Made by a program: the position numbers and the translations under genes
Notes under the pieces: model-generated
Seen by the model: only the letters and a program-made list of their open reading frames with translations
What the model was told of the DNA's origin: nothing
Databases searched by the model: none
Source: Archangium sp.
Lineage (GTDB): Bacteria; Myxococcota; Myxococcia; Myxococcales; Myxococcaceae
Length of the DNA: 17,339 nucleotides
Direction: 5' to 3'
Assembly (NCBI GenBank): GCA_031367385.1
Contig: JANLPS010000197.1
Coordinates: 1-17,339 of the forward strand
Shown: positions 15,822 through 17,339 of the stretch, piece by piece
Position numbering within the stretch: position 1 is the first letter of the stretch
Layout of the letters: every line of letters begins with the position of its first letter

Positions 15822-17065
15822 TCCAGCCCCCGCGCGGCCAGCTCGAAATCGTCTTCACCCCGCAGGTGCCCGACCTCGTGCAGCAAGGTCACCCGAATCT
15901 GCTCGATGAGCTCGGCCTCGGTCTTCACCGCGCGGCCCAGGTTCTTTCGGTAGAGCACGACCGATCGGCACGAGCCGTTCACCTCGGGCTCGGCGCCGCA
16001 GGGGTCGCTCAATGAGGGCCCGCGAAAGAGCCCCAGAATCGTCGGCGACAGCGGTGGCTCGCCCGACGTCAAATCTTCAATCGCGGGGATGTCTTCAACC
16101 TGCACCGGCACGCCCTTCAAGTCGCGGCGCATGTCATCAGGCAGCCCGGCGATGGCCTTCTTGAGCTCAGCCTCGAATGCCTCACGCCCAAGAATGACGT
16201 ACGGTGGAAAATCGGCCGCATCGAGCTTCTGCGCCTGGTCGAAGTGCTTCTGGGCCTCATCGAGCCGCCCTTCGCGCTCGAGCAACAACGCCAGGTGATG
16301 ATGCGCATGGGCCGACCGCTCGGGGTCTGCCAACAACCCGGTGAATGCCTTCTTCGCGTCGGGAAACCGGCACAGCTCGAACAAGCCCACCGCGCGCTCG
16401 TAAGCCGCCTCGGGGTCTTGTGCCTTGTGCTCGAGCACCCACTCGGCCCGCTCGACCGCTTCACTCGATTGGCCCAGGTCGTTGAAGGCCATCGCCGAGA
16501 TTCGGGCGAACTGCAGGGCGGTGTCTTGCTCATGCTGCGCCCGCGAGAGCTCCAACCCGCGCTCGGCGTAGAGCGAGCCCAGCTCATCGAGCTCACGGGT
16601 CGACGGCAGGGCCACGGCGTAAAAATGTGCCGCACCCAACAACGCGTCGATTGAATCGGGGTCGACCGCCAGCGCTCTCGAGTAGGCGAGCTTGGCCTCG
16701 TCGAATCGCTCGAGCGCGGCGAGCGCGTTGGCTCGCTCGGTGTGCGCCAACGCATCATTCGGAGTCAACGCCGAGGCCTGCGCCGCGCACGAGAGCGCCT
16801 GCTCGAAGTCTCCGGCATCGAAGTACGCTTGGGCGGCGTCGAGCGGCAGGCGGCCCTTCGCCTGACACACCGCCAGCGCCTCTGCGTGGGGCGTCGAGGT
16901 CGTGGGCTCGTGTCGCAGCTGCGGCTTCGCGGCGGGAGTCTCGGCGACTTCGGTCACTCCGGCGTCGACGACCAGGGGAGCCACCACAGCGACCGGGGTC
17001 TTCTTGCAGCCGCCGAGCAGGCAGCCGGCACACAGCAGAACGACCGCGGCGACTCTCACGGTCAC
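15818..17065 (-). CDS. TPR-repeat lipoprotein with C-terminal minimal zincin (Zincin_1-type) metallopeptidase domain
   Basis: Lipobox LLGG-C, several TPRs (ALAHTERANALAALERFDEAKLAYSRALAVDP), then ILGLFRG, VVLYRKNL and IRVTLLHEVGHLRG. Start GTG 17065 or 17059, right after the clpX stop. Confidence 0.88.
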   Translation of the reverse strand: MTVRVAAVVLLCAGCLLGGCKKTPVAVVAPLVVDAGVTEVAETPAAKPQLRHEPTTSTPHAEALAVCQAKGRLPLDAAQAYFDAGDFEQALSCAAQASALTPNDALAHTERANALAALERFDEAKLAYSRALAVDPDSIDALLGAAHFYAVALPSTRELDELGSLYAERGLELSRAQHEQDTALQFARISAMAFNDLGQSSEAVERAEWVLEHKAQDPEAAYERAVGLFELCRFPDAKKAFTGLLADPERSAHAHHHLALLLEREGRLDEAQKHFDQAQKLDAADFPPYVILGREAFEAELKKAIAGLPDDMRRDLKGVPVQVEDIPAIEDLTSGEPPLSPTILGLFRGPSLSDPCGAEPEVNGSCRSVVLYRKNLGRAVKTEAELIEQIRVTLLHEVGHLRGEDDFELAARGLE

Positions 17066-17070
17066 GGGGC

Positions 17071-17339
17071 TTACGCCGACTTCTTCTCTTTTTCGAGCAC
17101 GACCTGGGGCGCCTCTTTCTTCAGAATCACGCCCTCGGTGATGCGGCACTCTTTGACGCCCTCGCGAAACGGCACGTCGTACATCACGTCGAGCATCGCA
17201 TCTTCCATGATCGCTCGAAGACCGCGGGCCCCGGAGTGACGGCGCAGCGCCTCTTTGGCCACCGTGCGCAACGACTCTTTGGTGAACGAGAGCTTGACCT
17301 TCTCCATCTCGAACAGCTTCTGGTACTGCTTGACCAATG
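17071..17339 (-). CDS. clpX: ATP-dependent Clp protease ATP-binding subunit ClpX, C-terminal part (5' end beyond the window)
   Basis: LVKQYQKLFEME...SGARGLRAIMEDAMLDVMYDVP is the ClpX C-terminal small domain signature. Confidence 0.95.
   Translation of the reverse strand, partial: LVKQYQKLFEMEKVKLSFTKESLRTVAKEALRRHSGARGLRAIMEDAMLDVMYDVPFREGVKECRITEGVILKKEAPQVVLEKEKKSA

Overview
GC-rich chromosomal segment that looks myxobacterial (Myxococcota; inferred from gene content and DAG/DGG-linker Cys-rich secreted proteins). The housekeeping backbone is clpX (3' end), a TPR-zincin lipoprotein, an RlmI-type methyltransferase, a UvrD/Rep helicase, rplM-rpsI, a PilT paralog, pyrC and a GNAT acetyltransferase. 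Accessory genes are mixed in: a reprolysin-like metzincin lipoprotein cut by the left edge and missing from the ORF track, a secreted protein with 13 tandem disintegrin-like repeats, an ECF sigma/anti-sigma pair, a lipoprotein with 11 six-Cys repeats ending in knottin-like modules, and a cytoplasmic (Cxx)n protein. Non-coding signals include a -10-like hexamer exactly 7 nt before six start codons (probable leaderless mRNAs), a structured rplM leader that covers its own SD, and a decayed duplicate of the methyltransferase 3' end next to the accessory block. I saw no tRNA, rRNA, CRISPR array, integrase or transposase.
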